Assembly (NCBI GenBank): GCA_026461395.1
Contig: JAPJNA010000049.1
Span: 69,538-133,537 of the forward strand
Direction: 5' to 3'
Source of the DNA: Chthoniobacterales bacterium
Lineage (GTDB): Bacteria; Verrucomicrobiota; Verrucomicrobiia; Chthoniobacterales; UBA6821
DNA: 64,000 nt
Each line of letters opens with the position of its first letter. The first letter of the stretch is position 1. Position numbers and translations under genes: made by a program. Positions 47,517-56,431 of this stretch are shown piece after piece. The notes beneath the pieces were generated by a model that saw only the letters and a program-made list of their open reading frames with translations, made no database searches and was not told the DNA's origin.

Positions 47517-49007
47517 TTGTCTTCTCATACCCACTACCTCGCCATTGATCTCGGAGCCGAGAGCGGTCGCGTCATGCTTGGCACTCTTTGGGAGGGGCGC
47601 CTGACGCTGGAGGAGATCCACCGGTTCTCCAATGGCGCGGTGGTGGTGAACGGCTCCCGCCGCTGGGACCTTCTCCATCTGTACGCGGAGATCGTGGAGG
47701 GACTCCGGAAGGCGGGCGCTCGCGATTTGCCGATCCGTTCACTGAGTTCAGACTCATGGGGTGTTGATTACGCGCTGATGAAGGGCTCCGAACCCTTCTT
47801 GGCAACTCCCTACCAGTATCGCGATGAAAGAACCGATGGCTCCTATGAACGCCTTGGGGATGTCTCCAAGGAGGAGATCTACGCGGCGACAGGCATCCAG
47901 TTCATGTCGATCAATACGCTTTGTCAGCTCCACACGGATCTGCTGCAGCGTCCGGAAATCCTCCACTTTGCCGACCGCTTCCTACTGATCGGCGATACCA
48001 TAAATCACCTTCTGGGTGGAGACCCAGTGGCCGAGGCCTCGCTGGCCAGCACGACCCAGCTCTTTGATCCCGTAACGATGGATTGGGCCCGACCGCTCAT
48101 TGCCAAACTCGGTCTTCCCGAATCTATCTTTCCGAAGGTCGTCCCCTCGGGAACGCCAATCGGAACCCTAACCGCCGAACTTCAGTCACAGACCCGTCTC
48201 GGCGCCGTCAAGGTGGTCGCCACCTGCTCCCATGACACGGGGGCTGCGGTTGCCGCAGTACCGGCCAGCGACGAACCCGGCTGGGCCTATCTCAGTTCCG
48301 GCACCTGGTCTCTCCTCGGAGTCGAATCCTCCACACCTGTCCTAACCGAGGAGGCTCGAAACCTCAATTTCACCAACGAAGTTGGCTATGGAGGCACCGT
48401 CCGCCTGCTCAAGAACATTGCTGGTCTCTGGATACTCCAAGAATGCATGCGCTTCTGGCGCGAGAGCGGTCACGATCACTCGTATACCGATCTTGTGAAT
48501 CTGGCGCTCGAGGCCCCGGCTCTTGTCTCACTCATCAATCCAGCCGATGACCGTTTCCTGCGCTCCGGCGGCACGATGGCCTCGGGTGGAATGCCAGCTC
48601 GCATCGCTGAGTATTGTCGCGAGACTTCCCAGCCTATCCCCGAGACCGTCGGTGCCATCGCCCGTTGCATTCTCGAGAGCCTCTCCCTGCTCTACCGCAA
48701 GAGCCTCGGCGAACTTGAACAGCTTACCGGTCAGTCGATCAACCGCCTGCATATCGTGGGAGGGGGCACACGCAACGACCTCCTTAACCAATGCGCCGCC
48801 AGCGCCACTGGACGAAAGGTCATCACCGGGCCCGTTGAGGCAACGGCCGCGGGCAATATCCTCATCCAGGCGCTCGCAGGGGGTGCGGTCTCCTCACTCG
48901 CTGAGGCGCGCCAGATCGTGGCTCGCTCCTTCCCACAAAGCACCTACGAGCCGCAGGATGCCTCCGTCTGGGAGTCTACCTACGCCAAGTTCGTGGACCT
49001 TCCCTAA
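47517..49007 (+). CDS. rhaB: FGGY-family sugar kinase, rhamnulokinase type
   Basis: 496 aa. YLAIDLGAESGRVMLGTL...LEEIHRFSN, GVDYAL, ATCSHDTGAAVAA, LHIVGGGTRNDLLNQ. TTG start. Confidence 0.85.
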   Translation: MSSHTHYLAIDLGAESGRVMLGTLWEGRLTLEEIHRFSNGAVVVNGSRRWDLLHLYAEIVEGLRKAGARDLPIRSLSSDSWGVDYALMKGSEPFLATPYQYRDERTDGSYERLGDVSKEEIYAATGIQFMSINTLCQLHTDLLQRPEILHFADRFLLIGDTINHLLGGDPVAEASLASTTQLFDPVTMDWARPLIAKLGLPESIFPKVVPSGTPIGTLTAELQSQTRLGAVKVVATCSHDTGAAVAAVPASDEPGWAYLSSGTWSLLGVESSTPVLTEEARNLNFTNEVGYGGTVRLLKNIAGLWILQECMRFWRESGHDHSYTDLVNLALEAPALVSLINPADDRFLRSGGTMASGGMPARIAEYCRETSQPIPETVGAIARCILESLSLLYRKSLGELEQLTGQSINRLHIVGGGTRNDLLNQCAASATGRKVITGPVEATAAGNILIQALAGGAVSSLAEARQIVARSFPQSTYEPQDASVWESTYAKFVDLP

Positions 49008-49038
49008 GTTCGTCCGTCACCTAAGTGCGTCCGTCACC
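49005..49038 (+). repeat. 17-nt tandem direct repeat TAAGT(T/G)CGTCCGTCACC x2 beginning at the rhaB stop codon (candidate operator)
   Basis: Copies at 49005-49021 and 49022-49038, with one mismatch. It lies in the 65-nt spacer before the fused aldolase/SDR gene. Confidence 0.85.
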
Positions 49039-49072
49039 TACAAAACAACCTTCAGTCTAAATACCTAAATCT

Positions 49073-51250
49073 ATGAAACACACACCACTGCCCAATCTCT
49101 GGGACGATGCAGTAGCCTCCAAGCTCGACCCCGTTGCCCAACTTATCTACCGCTCCAACCTACTCGGCTCCGATCAGCGCGTGACCAACACTGGCGGAGG
49201 AAACACTTCCTCCAAAATCACTGAAAAGGATCCCCTCACAGGTCAGCCCACTGAAGTTCTCTGGGTCAAGGGTTCCGGAGGCGATCTGCGCACCTCCAAT
49301 CGCGAGAATTTCTCTTCGCTCTATCAGGAGAAGCTGCTCTCCCTGCAGAAGATCTATGGTGACTCCCCCGAGAAGGGACCGAAGACCCCTGTCGAGGATT
49401 CCATGGTTGGAATGTACACCCACACGACCTTCAACCTGAATCCCCGCCCCTCTTCGATCGACACGCCGCTTCACTCCTTCGTGCCGCGTGCCCATGTCGA
49501 TCACACCCACCCGAACGCCGCCATCTCAGTCGCCGCTTCCAAGAACAGCGAAAAACTCACTAAGGAGATCTATGGAGATGACGTGATCTGGACGGCTTGG
49601 CAGCGCCCGGGTTTTGACCTTGGTCTCCAACTCCAGGAGGTCTGTAAAAAGCATCCTAATGCCAAGGGGGTCATCATGGGCCAGCACGGCCTGATCAACT
49701 GGGCTGACACCCAGAAGGAGTGCTACGACCTCTCTCTCGACCTGATCAACCGTGCAGCCAAATACATTGCAGAGCACGACAAGGGCGAGAAGACCTTCGG
49801 CGGAGGCAAGTACCAGAGCCTTGATGCAGCGAAGCGCCGCGAACTCTGGATCTCCATCCTCCCTTGGCTTCGCGGTCAGGTCAGTCAGCAGAAGCGCTTC
49901 ATCGGCACCATCCAGGAAGACGAGACGATCCTCCGCTTCGTCAATAGCGCTGACGCACCGCGTCTCGCCGAACTCGGAACCAGCTGCCCCGATCATTTCC
50001 TCCGTACCAAGATCAAACCCCTCTACGTCGATTGGAATCCCCAGACCAGTGATCTCGAAGGCCTACGCGTGCTCCTTTCCAAGGGCATCGAGCAATACCG
50101 CAAGGACTACGCCGCCTACTACAACGCCTGCAAGAGGGAGAACTCCCCCGCCATGCGCGACCCGAATCCGACCGTCATCCTGATCCCCGGATTGGGTATG
50201 GTGGCGTGGGGCAAGGACAAGAGCGAAAGTCGTGTCACTGCGGAGTTCTACAACTGCGCCGTCGAGGTGATGCGCGGATCGGAGGCAATGGACCAGTATG
50301 TCTCCCTGCCACAGCAAGAGGCGTTCGACATTGAGTACTGGCTTCTAGAGGAGGCCAAGTTACAGCGCATGCCTGCCGAGAAGGAGATGGCCCGACAGAT
50401 CGTTGCCATCGTTGGTGCCGGAAGCGGCATCGGCCGTGAGACTGCCTACCGTCTCGTTAAGGAAGGAGCTCATGTCTCCTGCCTAGATCTCAACGAAAAA
50501 GGCGCAGCCGAAACGGTAGACGCCATCAATGCCAAGTACGGCATGGGTATCGGCGTAGCCGGAACGGGCGTCTCCAACTGCGGACTCGCCACCTCCACCT
50601 CTATCAACGTCACCACCCGCGCCACCATCAAAGCCGCGATCGATCACACGATCCTGGCTTACGGTGGCTGTGACAGCGTTGTCGTGACCGTGGGCTTCAT
50701 CGCCTCACCGGATCGTGACGGTCGCATTAAGGACGAGGGCTGGGGCTTCACTTATGATGTGAACGTCATCGGCTCCTGCTGGTGTGTCGAGGAGGCCGCT
50801 ACGGTCTTCAAGGCCCAAGGACTCCCCGCCACCGCCTGCATCACGACCTCGGCCAATGCGGTCGTCTCCAAGCGAGGCTCACTCGCTTACGACACCTCCA
50901 AGGCCGCCGCCAACCACCTCATCCGCGAGCTGGCCATCGACCTCGCACCTCTCGTTCGTGTGAACGGAGTTGCTCCTGCCACCGTGGTGAAAGGCTCCGG
51001 GCTTTTCCCTCGCGATCGAGTCATTGCCAACCTAGTGAAGTACAATCTACCTGCGGACGACAAGGAGACCGATGATGTTCTCGTGAACCGTCTGGCCCAG
51101 TTCTACGCCGACCGAACCCTCACCAAGGTGCCGATTGAGCCCGCAGACCAGGCAGAGGCCATCTTCCTCTGTGTCAGCGGCCGCCTTAGCAAGACCACCG
51201 GACAGGTGATCGCTGTCGACGGTGGACTGATCGAGGCCTTCCTCAGGTAA
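49073..51250 (+). CDS. Bifunctional class II (rhamnulose-1-phosphate-type) aldolase / short-chain dehydrogenase (RhaEW-like)
   Basis: 725 aa. N-terminal LLGSDQRVTNTGGGNTSSK and HVDHTHPNA (aldolase II). C-terminal IVGAGSGIGRETA (Rossmann) and YDTSKAAANHL (YxxxK) form the SDR. Confidence 0.9.
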   Translation: MKHTPLPNLWDDAVASKLDPVAQLIYRSNLLGSDQRVTNTGGGNTSSKITEKDPLTGQPTEVLWVKGSGGDLRTSNRENFSSLYQEKLLSLQKIYGDSPEKGPKTPVEDSMVGMYTHTTFNLNPRPSSIDTPLHSFVPRAHVDHTHPNAAISVAASKNSEKLTKEIYGDDVIWTAWQRPGFDLGLQLQEVCKKHPNAKGVIMGQHGLINWADTQKECYDLSLDLINRAAKYIAEHDKGEKTFGGGKYQSLDAAKRRELWISILPWLRGQVSQQKRFIGTIQEDETILRFVNSADAPRLAELGTSCPDHFLRTKIKPLYVDWNPQTSDLEGLRVLLSKGIEQYRKDYAAYYNACKRENSPAMRDPNPTVILIPGLGMVAWGKDKSESRVTAEFYNCAVEVMRGSEAMDQYVSLPQQEAFDIEYWLLEEAKLQRMPAEKEMARQIVAIVGAGSGIGRETAYRLVKEGAHVSCLDLNEKGAAETVDAINAKYGMGIGVAGTGVSNCGLATSTSINVTTRATIKAAIDHTILAYGGCDSVVVTVGFIASPDRDGRIKDEGWGFTYDVNVIGSCWCVEEAATVFKAQGLPATACITTSANAVVSKRGSLAYDTSKAAANHLIRELAIDLAPLVRVNGVAPATVVKGSGLFPRDRVIANLVKYNLPADDKETDDVLVNRLAQFYADRTLTKVPIEPADQAEAIFLCVSGRLSKTTGQVIAVDGGLIEAFLR

Positions 51251-51263
51251 TCCACTCATTGCG

Positions 51264-51286
51264 CCCAGGTGCTCACACCACCTGGG
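51264..51286 (+). terminator. Hairpin after the aldolase/SDR gene (weak terminator candidate)
   Basis: CCCAGGTG (51264-71) pairs with CACCTGGG (51279-86). No T-tract follows. Confidence 0.25.
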
Positions 51287-51347
51287 TGCCTTGCAAAATT
51301 ATTTCAACAGCCTTAATGTCTGTGAGAGATTATCCGTCTTAATATCT

Positions 51348-52064
51348 GTGCGCATTTCTCTCTTCATTCCCTGCTTCGTCGACCAGCTCTATCCGAATGT
51401 GGCCTGGTCTTGCGTACGAGTGCTTGAAAACCTAGGCCACGAGGTGCTCTTTCCAGAGAGCCAAAGCTGCTGCGGTCAGCCACCATTCAACTCCGGCTAT
51501 TGGGACGAATCCCGCTCGGCCGCCCGCGTTACCATGAAGGCCTTCAAGGATGCCGACGTCGTGGTAGGGCCTTCCGGATCCTGCGTCACAATGATTAAGG
51601 TTTTCTACCCCGATCTCTTCAAGGGAGAGCCCGACGAGTTGGAGGCCCGCGAACTAGCGGCCAAGACTCACGAATTCTCCAGCTTCCTAGTCAATGTACT
51701 CGGCGTCACCGATGTCGGTGCGAAGTTCGACGGCAAAGTGACTTTCCACGATGGTTGCCATGGATTGCGAGAGCTGGGAATCAAAAGTGAACCGCGCGCC
51801 CTTCTGGCTAACGTGAAGGGATTGGAACTGATTGAGATGTGCGAGGCCGAGACCTGTTGCGGATTCGGCGGGACCTTTGCCGTGAAATACGCCCCGATCT
51901 CGACCGCGATGGACGAGGTGAAATGCGCCTCGATCCTTGAGACCGGTGCCGACACCGTCGTCTCCAACGACTCCAGCTGCCTCATGCAGATTCGCGGGAT
52001 GCTGGAAAAAGAGAAAAGTACTGTCCGCAGTCTCCATCTCGCCGAGATCCTCGCGTCGAAATAG
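51348..52064 (+). CDS. lutA: Lactate utilization protein A, (Fe-S)-binding CCG-domain oxidoreductase
   Basis: GTG 51348 gives VRISLFIPCFVDQLYPNVAWSCVRVLENLGHEV, which matches the usual LutA N-terminus. There are two CCG motifs (CCGQP, CCGFGG). Confidence 0.88.
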   Translation: MRISLFIPCFVDQLYPNVAWSCVRVLENLGHEVLFPESQSCCGQPPFNSGYWDESRSAARVTMKAFKDADVVVGPSGSCVTMIKVFYPDLFKGEPDELEARELAAKTHEFSSFLVNVLGVTDVGAKFDGKVTFHDGCHGLRELGIKSEPRALLANVKGLELIEMCEAETCCGFGGTFAVKYAPISTAMDEVKCASILETGADTVVSNDSSCLMQIRGMLEKEKSTVRSLHLAEILASK

Positions 52065-52067
52065 CCT

Positions 52068-53474
52068 ATGGCCACGCAGTCCGCAGATTTCCAGACACTT
52101 TCCCGACGCTACACGGCGGACAAGGGGTTCCGTGCCTTCATCCAGAAGGGCATGAGCGGCTATTACAAGAAGCGCGACCTGAACAAGGCCAACTTCCAGG
52201 ACTGGCAGGGAGCCCGCGACCTCGCCGCTGAGATCAAATACGAGGCGATCAACCATCTCGACAAGTATCTCCTCGAGTTCGAGGCAAAGATCACCGCGCG
52301 TGGTGCCAAGGTCTTCTGGGCTCAGAATGCAGAATCAGCCCGCGACTACATCCTGAAAGTCGCCGAGGAGAATAACGTCCGCTCGATCATCAAGTCGAAG
52401 ACGATGACCAGCGAGGAGATCCATCTCAACGATGCCCTGGAGAAGCGGGGTTTCGGTGTCTTCGAGTCAGACCTCGGCGAATACATCGTCCAGCTCCGCA
52501 AGGAGCCTCCCTTCCATCTTGTCTTCCCCGCCATGCATCTCACGCGTGGGCAGATCAGCGACCTCTTTCAGAAAGAGCTCGGCTCCGAGCCGACCGATGA
52601 GCCCGAGAAGCTGACCATGATCGCCCGTGCTGTCATGCGCCGTAAATACTGCGAGGCCGACATGGGGATCAGCGGCACAAACTTCGCCGTCGCGGAGACT
52701 GGAATGATCTCGATCACGGAGAATGAGGGGAACGCTCGCTTGACCACCTCGCTTCCAAAGATCCACGTGGCGCTTCTTGGCATCGAGAAGGTGCTTCCCA
52801 AGCTCGAGGATCTCTCGCTCTTTCTTCCCATGCTCGCCACCGCGGGCGCGGGTCAGACCATGACCTGCTACAACACGATGTACGCCGGTCCACGCCAACC
52901 GGGTGAGCCCGACGGGCCTGAGCAGTTGCATATCGTCCTTCTGGATAATCGGCGCACTGAGCTTCTAGCTGATGCTGAGCAGCGTGATTCACTTGGATGT
53001 ATCCGCTGCGGCGCTTGCCTGAATGTCTGCCCCATCTTCAAGAACGTCGGCGGCTACAGCTACGGGACTACCTACGGAGGTCCTATCGGATCGGTGATCA
53101 CACCTCACCTACGAGGCCTCAAGAATTGGAAGCATCTCTCAGCCGCCTCCTCTCTCTGCGGGGCCTGCACCGAGGCCTGTCCGGTGAAGATCGATCTGCA
53201 TCATCATTTGCTGCAAAACCGCCGAAACGGCGCGAAGAGTTCGCCCAATCCACTTGAGAAAGTCTCCTTCGGAGGCTTCTCCCTCTTGATGGGACATCCC
53301 GCGCTCTACCGATTGGCCTCGGGTCTTGGACGGATCTTTCAACCCCTGCAGGGCCTTGTGAACGGGACAATCCTTGATCCTCTCCGTGCCTGGACCGGCT
53401 CACGGAAGTTCCCGACACTGGCACCACAATCCTTCCAGGAGCAGTGGAAGAAGGATCGGGGAGGAAAAAAATGA
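52068..53474 (+). CDS. lutB: Lactate utilization protein B, 4Fe-4S iron-sulfur protein
   Basis: 468 aa. CIRCGACLNVCP and CGACTEACP ferredoxin motifs plus a LUD domain. Confidence 0.9.
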   Translation: MATQSADFQTLSRRYTADKGFRAFIQKGMSGYYKKRDLNKANFQDWQGARDLAAEIKYEAINHLDKYLLEFEAKITARGAKVFWAQNAESARDYILKVAEENNVRSIIKSKTMTSEEIHLNDALEKRGFGVFESDLGEYIVQLRKEPPFHLVFPAMHLTRGQISDLFQKELGSEPTDEPEKLTMIARAVMRRKYCEADMGISGTNFAVAETGMISITENEGNARLTTSLPKIHVALLGIEKVLPKLEDLSLFLPMLATAGAGQTMTCYNTMYAGPRQPGEPDGPEQLHIVLLDNRRTELLADAEQRDSLGCIRCGACLNVCPIFKNVGGYSYGTTYGGPIGSVITPHLRGLKNWKHLSAASSLCGACTEACPVKIDLHHHLLQNRRNGAKSSPNPLEKVSFGGFSLLMGHPALYRLASGLGRIFQPLQGLVNGTILDPLRAWTGSRKFPTLAPQSFQEQWKKDRGGKK

Positions 53475-54166
53475 CCGGAGGTCGCGCCATTATCTTGGGT
53501 CGCATCCGCGAGGCCCTGCGCAATAATCCCGCACCGCGTCCCCATACCTCGCACTCTCAAAGCGAAGCTGCTGCTGATCACAACGGCCATGCACAGCGCG
53601 AATGGCTACCCAAGGTCGGGGAGACACTTCCAGAGCGGATCGATCTCTTCGCCAAGATCTCCGAGGGGCTGACAACCGAGTTCCACCGGGTTCCGACGAT
53701 GAGCGCCGCACGCGATCTGCTCACCAAACTCGCCGCAGAGAGTGGATGGAAGAAAATCGGCAGCCACTCCCACCATGATGTCGATGCTCTTCTAGAAGGA
53801 GTCGAACTCCCCATTGTCCGCACCGAGAAGGGTTATGCGATCGACAACCTCGAATCATGCGATGCCGGCATCACTGGCTGCGATGTTCTTGTCGCCCAGA
53901 CCGGCGGCATCATGGTTTCTGTCGAGAGCGCAGGAGGCCGCGCGCTCTCCGTCCTGCCTCCCCATCACGTGGTGATAGCCCGGACCTCCCAGATGGTTCC
54001 CGACCTCACCGCCGCCTTCGAGCATGTGAAGCAGAAGTACGGGAAACAGTTTCCCTCCTTCCTGAGTTTCATCACCGGTCCATCCCGCACCGGTGATATC
54101 GAACGCATCCTTGTACTCGGTGCCCACGGACCAAAAAGACTCACGGTCATCCTGCTCGATTCGTAA
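53471..54166 (+). CDS. lutC: Lactate utilization protein C (LUD domain)
   Basis: ATG 53471 overlaps the lutB stop (ATGA). ILGRIREAL, GITGCDVLVAQTGGIMV, ITGPSRTGDIE. Confidence 0.85.
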   Translation: MTGGRAIILGRIREALRNNPAPRPHTSHSQSEAAADHNGHAQREWLPKVGETLPERIDLFAKISEGLTTEFHRVPTMSAARDLLTKLAAESGWKKIGSHSHHDVDALLEGVELPIVRTEKGYAIDNLESCDAGITGCDVLVAQTGGIMVSVESAGGRALSVLPPHHVVIARTSQMVPDLTAAFEHVKQKYGKQFPSFLSFITGPSRTGDIERILVLGAHGPKRLTVILLDS

Positions 54167-54188
54167 TCGGGCAAGGCATTGGGAGTGA

Positions 54189-54425
54189 CTATTCCTCGTA
54201 GGCTACGGGTTCGAGACTGAGTTCAAGTGCATGGTCTTTCGACCAAGCCACAATCTCATCCGACCAACGCCGCTCGTCTCGATAGACACTCAACGGTTCA
54301 TCGGGCTCGTGATGTCCCTCTATTGCGCCCGAAATGGGCCCTGGAGGAGTAGGACGGCAGAATGGAATTGGGGCGTCGGCTTGTCCGTACAGCCAATCAC
54401 ATTCGGGTGTTGTGCTTTTTCTCAT
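54189..54425 (-). CDS. Hypothetical 78-aa acidic protein
   Basis: ORF only; I recognised no family. Its composition resembles the neighbouring genes, and it sits at the edge of the accessory patch. Confidence 0.3.
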   Translation of the reverse strand: MRKSTTPECDWLYGQADAPIPFCRPTPPGPISGAIEGHHEPDEPLSVYRDERRWSDEIVAWSKDHALELSLEPVAYEE

Positions 54426-54634
54426 GGGGAGGGGAAGGGTTGTCTTCCATCTTTTTAGACAACGTCACCCTCACCTCCGTTGAATCAAATAGACCAGATC
54501 ATATACTCTTTACTGTAAGGTACCTACCGGAAGCAAAGGGGCATAAAATTCAACCCTAAAATTACATTAGGGGCTGGATTCCTGCACCTGTCACAGGGAT
54601 TAGAATTTTCAAGGGCATAGATGACTGAAGAGTT

Positions 54635-54777
54635 AATCTGGAACTCAGGAACTCAGGAAATTATCGAGGAATAAAAGAGACTTGCTGAGATTCAGGCATC
54701 TTGTGATGGAGTTCGCTCAAGCAGGGAAAAGCTACTCTCTTCATCACTTCCTTTCGTGAGTTCATGAGTTCCAGATT
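54635..54777. repeat. Family A element, copy 2
   Basis: AATCTGGAACTCAGGAACTCAGGAA at 54635-54659. The degenerate inverted partner TTCCTTTCGTGAGTTCATGAGTTCCAGATT is at 54748-54777. Confidence 0.85.
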
Positions 54778-54863
54778 TTTGCCTTTCCCTCTTCCCTGAA
54801 TCCCTTCACCGCCTTGGTGAACAAGATTTCTCTGTTTCCATGATTCCATTGCATAATCTGGGG

Positions 54864-55286
54864 TCACCGCAGCAAGCCAGAACCCAACGATGCGAGAAAC
54901 CCCAGCACGATGACCCAGGGGAAAACACCCAGCACAATGGCTAGCTGGATTCTCCGGGGAGACTCCCCGAGTGCCAGGGCCAGGATGGCCGTGACTTGGG
55001 GCCCGATCGTGATCGGGGCGATCAGGCCCAGTCCCCAGAGACCGAAGCGGCTCCAGACCTTCCAGAAGAGTTTTGAGTTATCCGGCTTCGGATCAATCTT
55101 CAGCTTCCTCGTAATCCAGTCGCGTAGCGGTGCTCCAGCTAGCAAGACCACGAGCCCTCCAGCCGAATAACCCAGCCATGCGGCCAAAGCGGCTGCCCAG
55201 ACGGGTGCATGAGCCGCCAAACCTGCGGGGATGGCGCTGATGAAGTAGAGGAAGCCGAGACCGAAAGCTGTGAGCGAACCTGTCAT
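54864..55286 (-). CDS. Small integral membrane protein (4 predicted TM; possibly small exporter-like)
   Basis: ATG 55286 gives MTGSLTAFGLGFLYFISAIPAGL.... The part of ORF 54864-55445 upstream of it is Arg/Cys-rich and looks non-coding. Confidence 0.55.
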   Translation of the reverse strand: MTGSLTAFGLGFLYFISAIPAGLAAHAPVWAAALAAWLGYSAGGLVVLLAGAPLRDWITRKLKIDPKPDNSKLFWKVWSRFGLWGLGLIAPITIGPQVTAILALALGESPRRIQLAIVLGVFPWVIVLGFLASLGSGLLR

Positions 55287-55394
55287 GGTCTGGGCCGAGG
55301 CTGGAAGATAGCAACGTAATCGACAATATCGATGTTGTCGTTGAAGGAGAAATAATCGCTCTTCACCATTTTCTGACAGCCTGCGTTCTGATTG

Positions 55395-55424
55395 GACTGT
55401 TAGGAAGCTGATCGGGATCGGGAG
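55395..55424. repeat. Family B motif, degenerate copy
   Basis: GACTGTTAGGAAGCTGATCGGGATCGGGAG, compared with GGCTGTTAGGTCAGAAGGGATCGGGAG at 58180. Confidence 0.5.
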
Positions 55425-55525
55425 AAAACCCAGGCCCCTCCGCATTCCTCTGAAATTATCGAGCGTCCCGGTCTGCTCTGATCACTGAGGCGATTTTGGC
55501 GCGATCAATCTTCTGATTACCACTC

Positions 55526-55663
55526 TTACCTAGGCGGATGAGAAACGGTACCTGAAGCCGTCTCCGCCAACCTGCGTAGCATCGCCTTGTTCGGTTTGTG
55601 CGTGGAGATCTTTCCTGACTCATACAAGGACTCGATCTCCTTTTCTTCCTTAGTCAGTTTCAT
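55526..55663 (-). pseudogene. 45-codon ORF resembling the N-terminal half of a BrnA/CopG-type antitoxin; likely a truncated remnant
   Basis: Hand-translated as MKLTKEEKEIESLYESGKISTHKPNKAMLRRLAETASGTVSHPPR*. The MK-LTKEE-x-E-x-L-x-S-G opening is typical of that antitoxin family, but the ribbon-helix-helix C-terminus is missing. It is below the ORF-track cutoff. Confidence 0.3.
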
Positions 55664-55677
55664 GGCGAAACAGGATT

Positions 55678-56103
55678 TCACTCATCCCAAGGATTCAGTA
55701 TCGGAATCCCATCCGGGTGATCTTTGAAATTCCTGGTGACGAGCGTGAGGTCGTTGGCAATTGCGGTGGCAGCTATCAGGCTATCGAGCACCGGAAGCCG
55801 TCGGCCTTTCCCCTCATGACGGGCGCAGAGCCTCCCCCATATCCTCATCACTTGGTCGGTCGGGGCCAGAATTCTCGATCCGATTCCCTCACCGGCCCAC
55901 TCCTCGATCCGCGCGAACCATGCATCGATCTCTCGGCGCCGCTTTCCCGGAGAGAGTAGTTCGATTCCCTTGATGATCTCGCCGACCGAGATCGAGGAGA
56001 GAAAGAGTTCGTGATCATGCTCAACCATCCATGCCATCACCCCCTGATTGGGGCGGGAATTGGAGGACTCGCTCAGGACATCCGTATCTAGCAGATAGCC
56101 CAT
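55678..56103 (-). CDS. vapC: PIN-domain toxin, VapC/FitB-like
   Basis: 141 aa. MGYLLDTDVLSE (first acidic residue), SVGEI, LIAATAIANDLTLVTRN. Confidence 0.9.
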   Translation of the reverse strand: MGYLLDTDVLSESSNSRPNQGVMAWMVEHDHELFLSSISVGEIIKGIELLSPGKRRREIDAWFARIEEWAGEGIGSRILAPTDQVMRIWGRLCARHEGKGRRLPVLDSLIAATAIANDLTLVTRNFKDHPDGIPILNPWDE

Positions 56104-56109
56104 GAATTT

Positions 56110-56352
56110 TCAGGAAAAACGAAGGGTGCGGCCGGTATCCTTGTCACGGGTGAGCTTCCACCCCTTCACCGGACACTCCTGTAGGATGGTGGCGAGTTTC
56201 TCGCGTCCCGACTGTCGTGAGAACTCCTTAAAATCCATCACCACCACGGCGGGATGCCCATGACGAGTAATCGTCTGTGGCCCCTCGCTTAGAGCAAGAT
56301 TCACCACCTCGCTTAGCCGGTTCTTTGCTTCTTGGAGTTGCCAGTTCATCAA
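56110..56352 (-). CDS. Phd/YefM-family type II antitoxin
   Basis: 80 aa. WQLQEAKNRLSEVVNLALSEGPQTITRHGHPAVVVMDFKEF. Ends 7 nt upstream of vapC. Confidence 0.88.
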   Translation of the reverse strand: MMNWQLQEAKNRLSEVVNLALSEGPQTITRHGHPAVVVMDFKEFSRQSGREKLATILQECPVKGWKLTRDKDTGRTLRFS

Positions 56353-56431
56353 GCTAATATAGCTAGACTAGCCAGAATGTCAATTGATGGGCGGCTATTG
56401 GCTCTGTAGGGTGTTATTCTACAGACCTCTT

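Noticed and set aside
54661-54867. 68-aa ORF across family A copy 2 (likewise 61202-61414 and 63649-63993 across copies 3 and 4)
   Set aside because: These frames simply read through the repeat arms (peptides such as ...LELMNSRKE..., ...MELKNSGKE..., ...IWNSGTQEP...). They overlap real genes or terminators, so they are repeat read-through rather than a peptide family.
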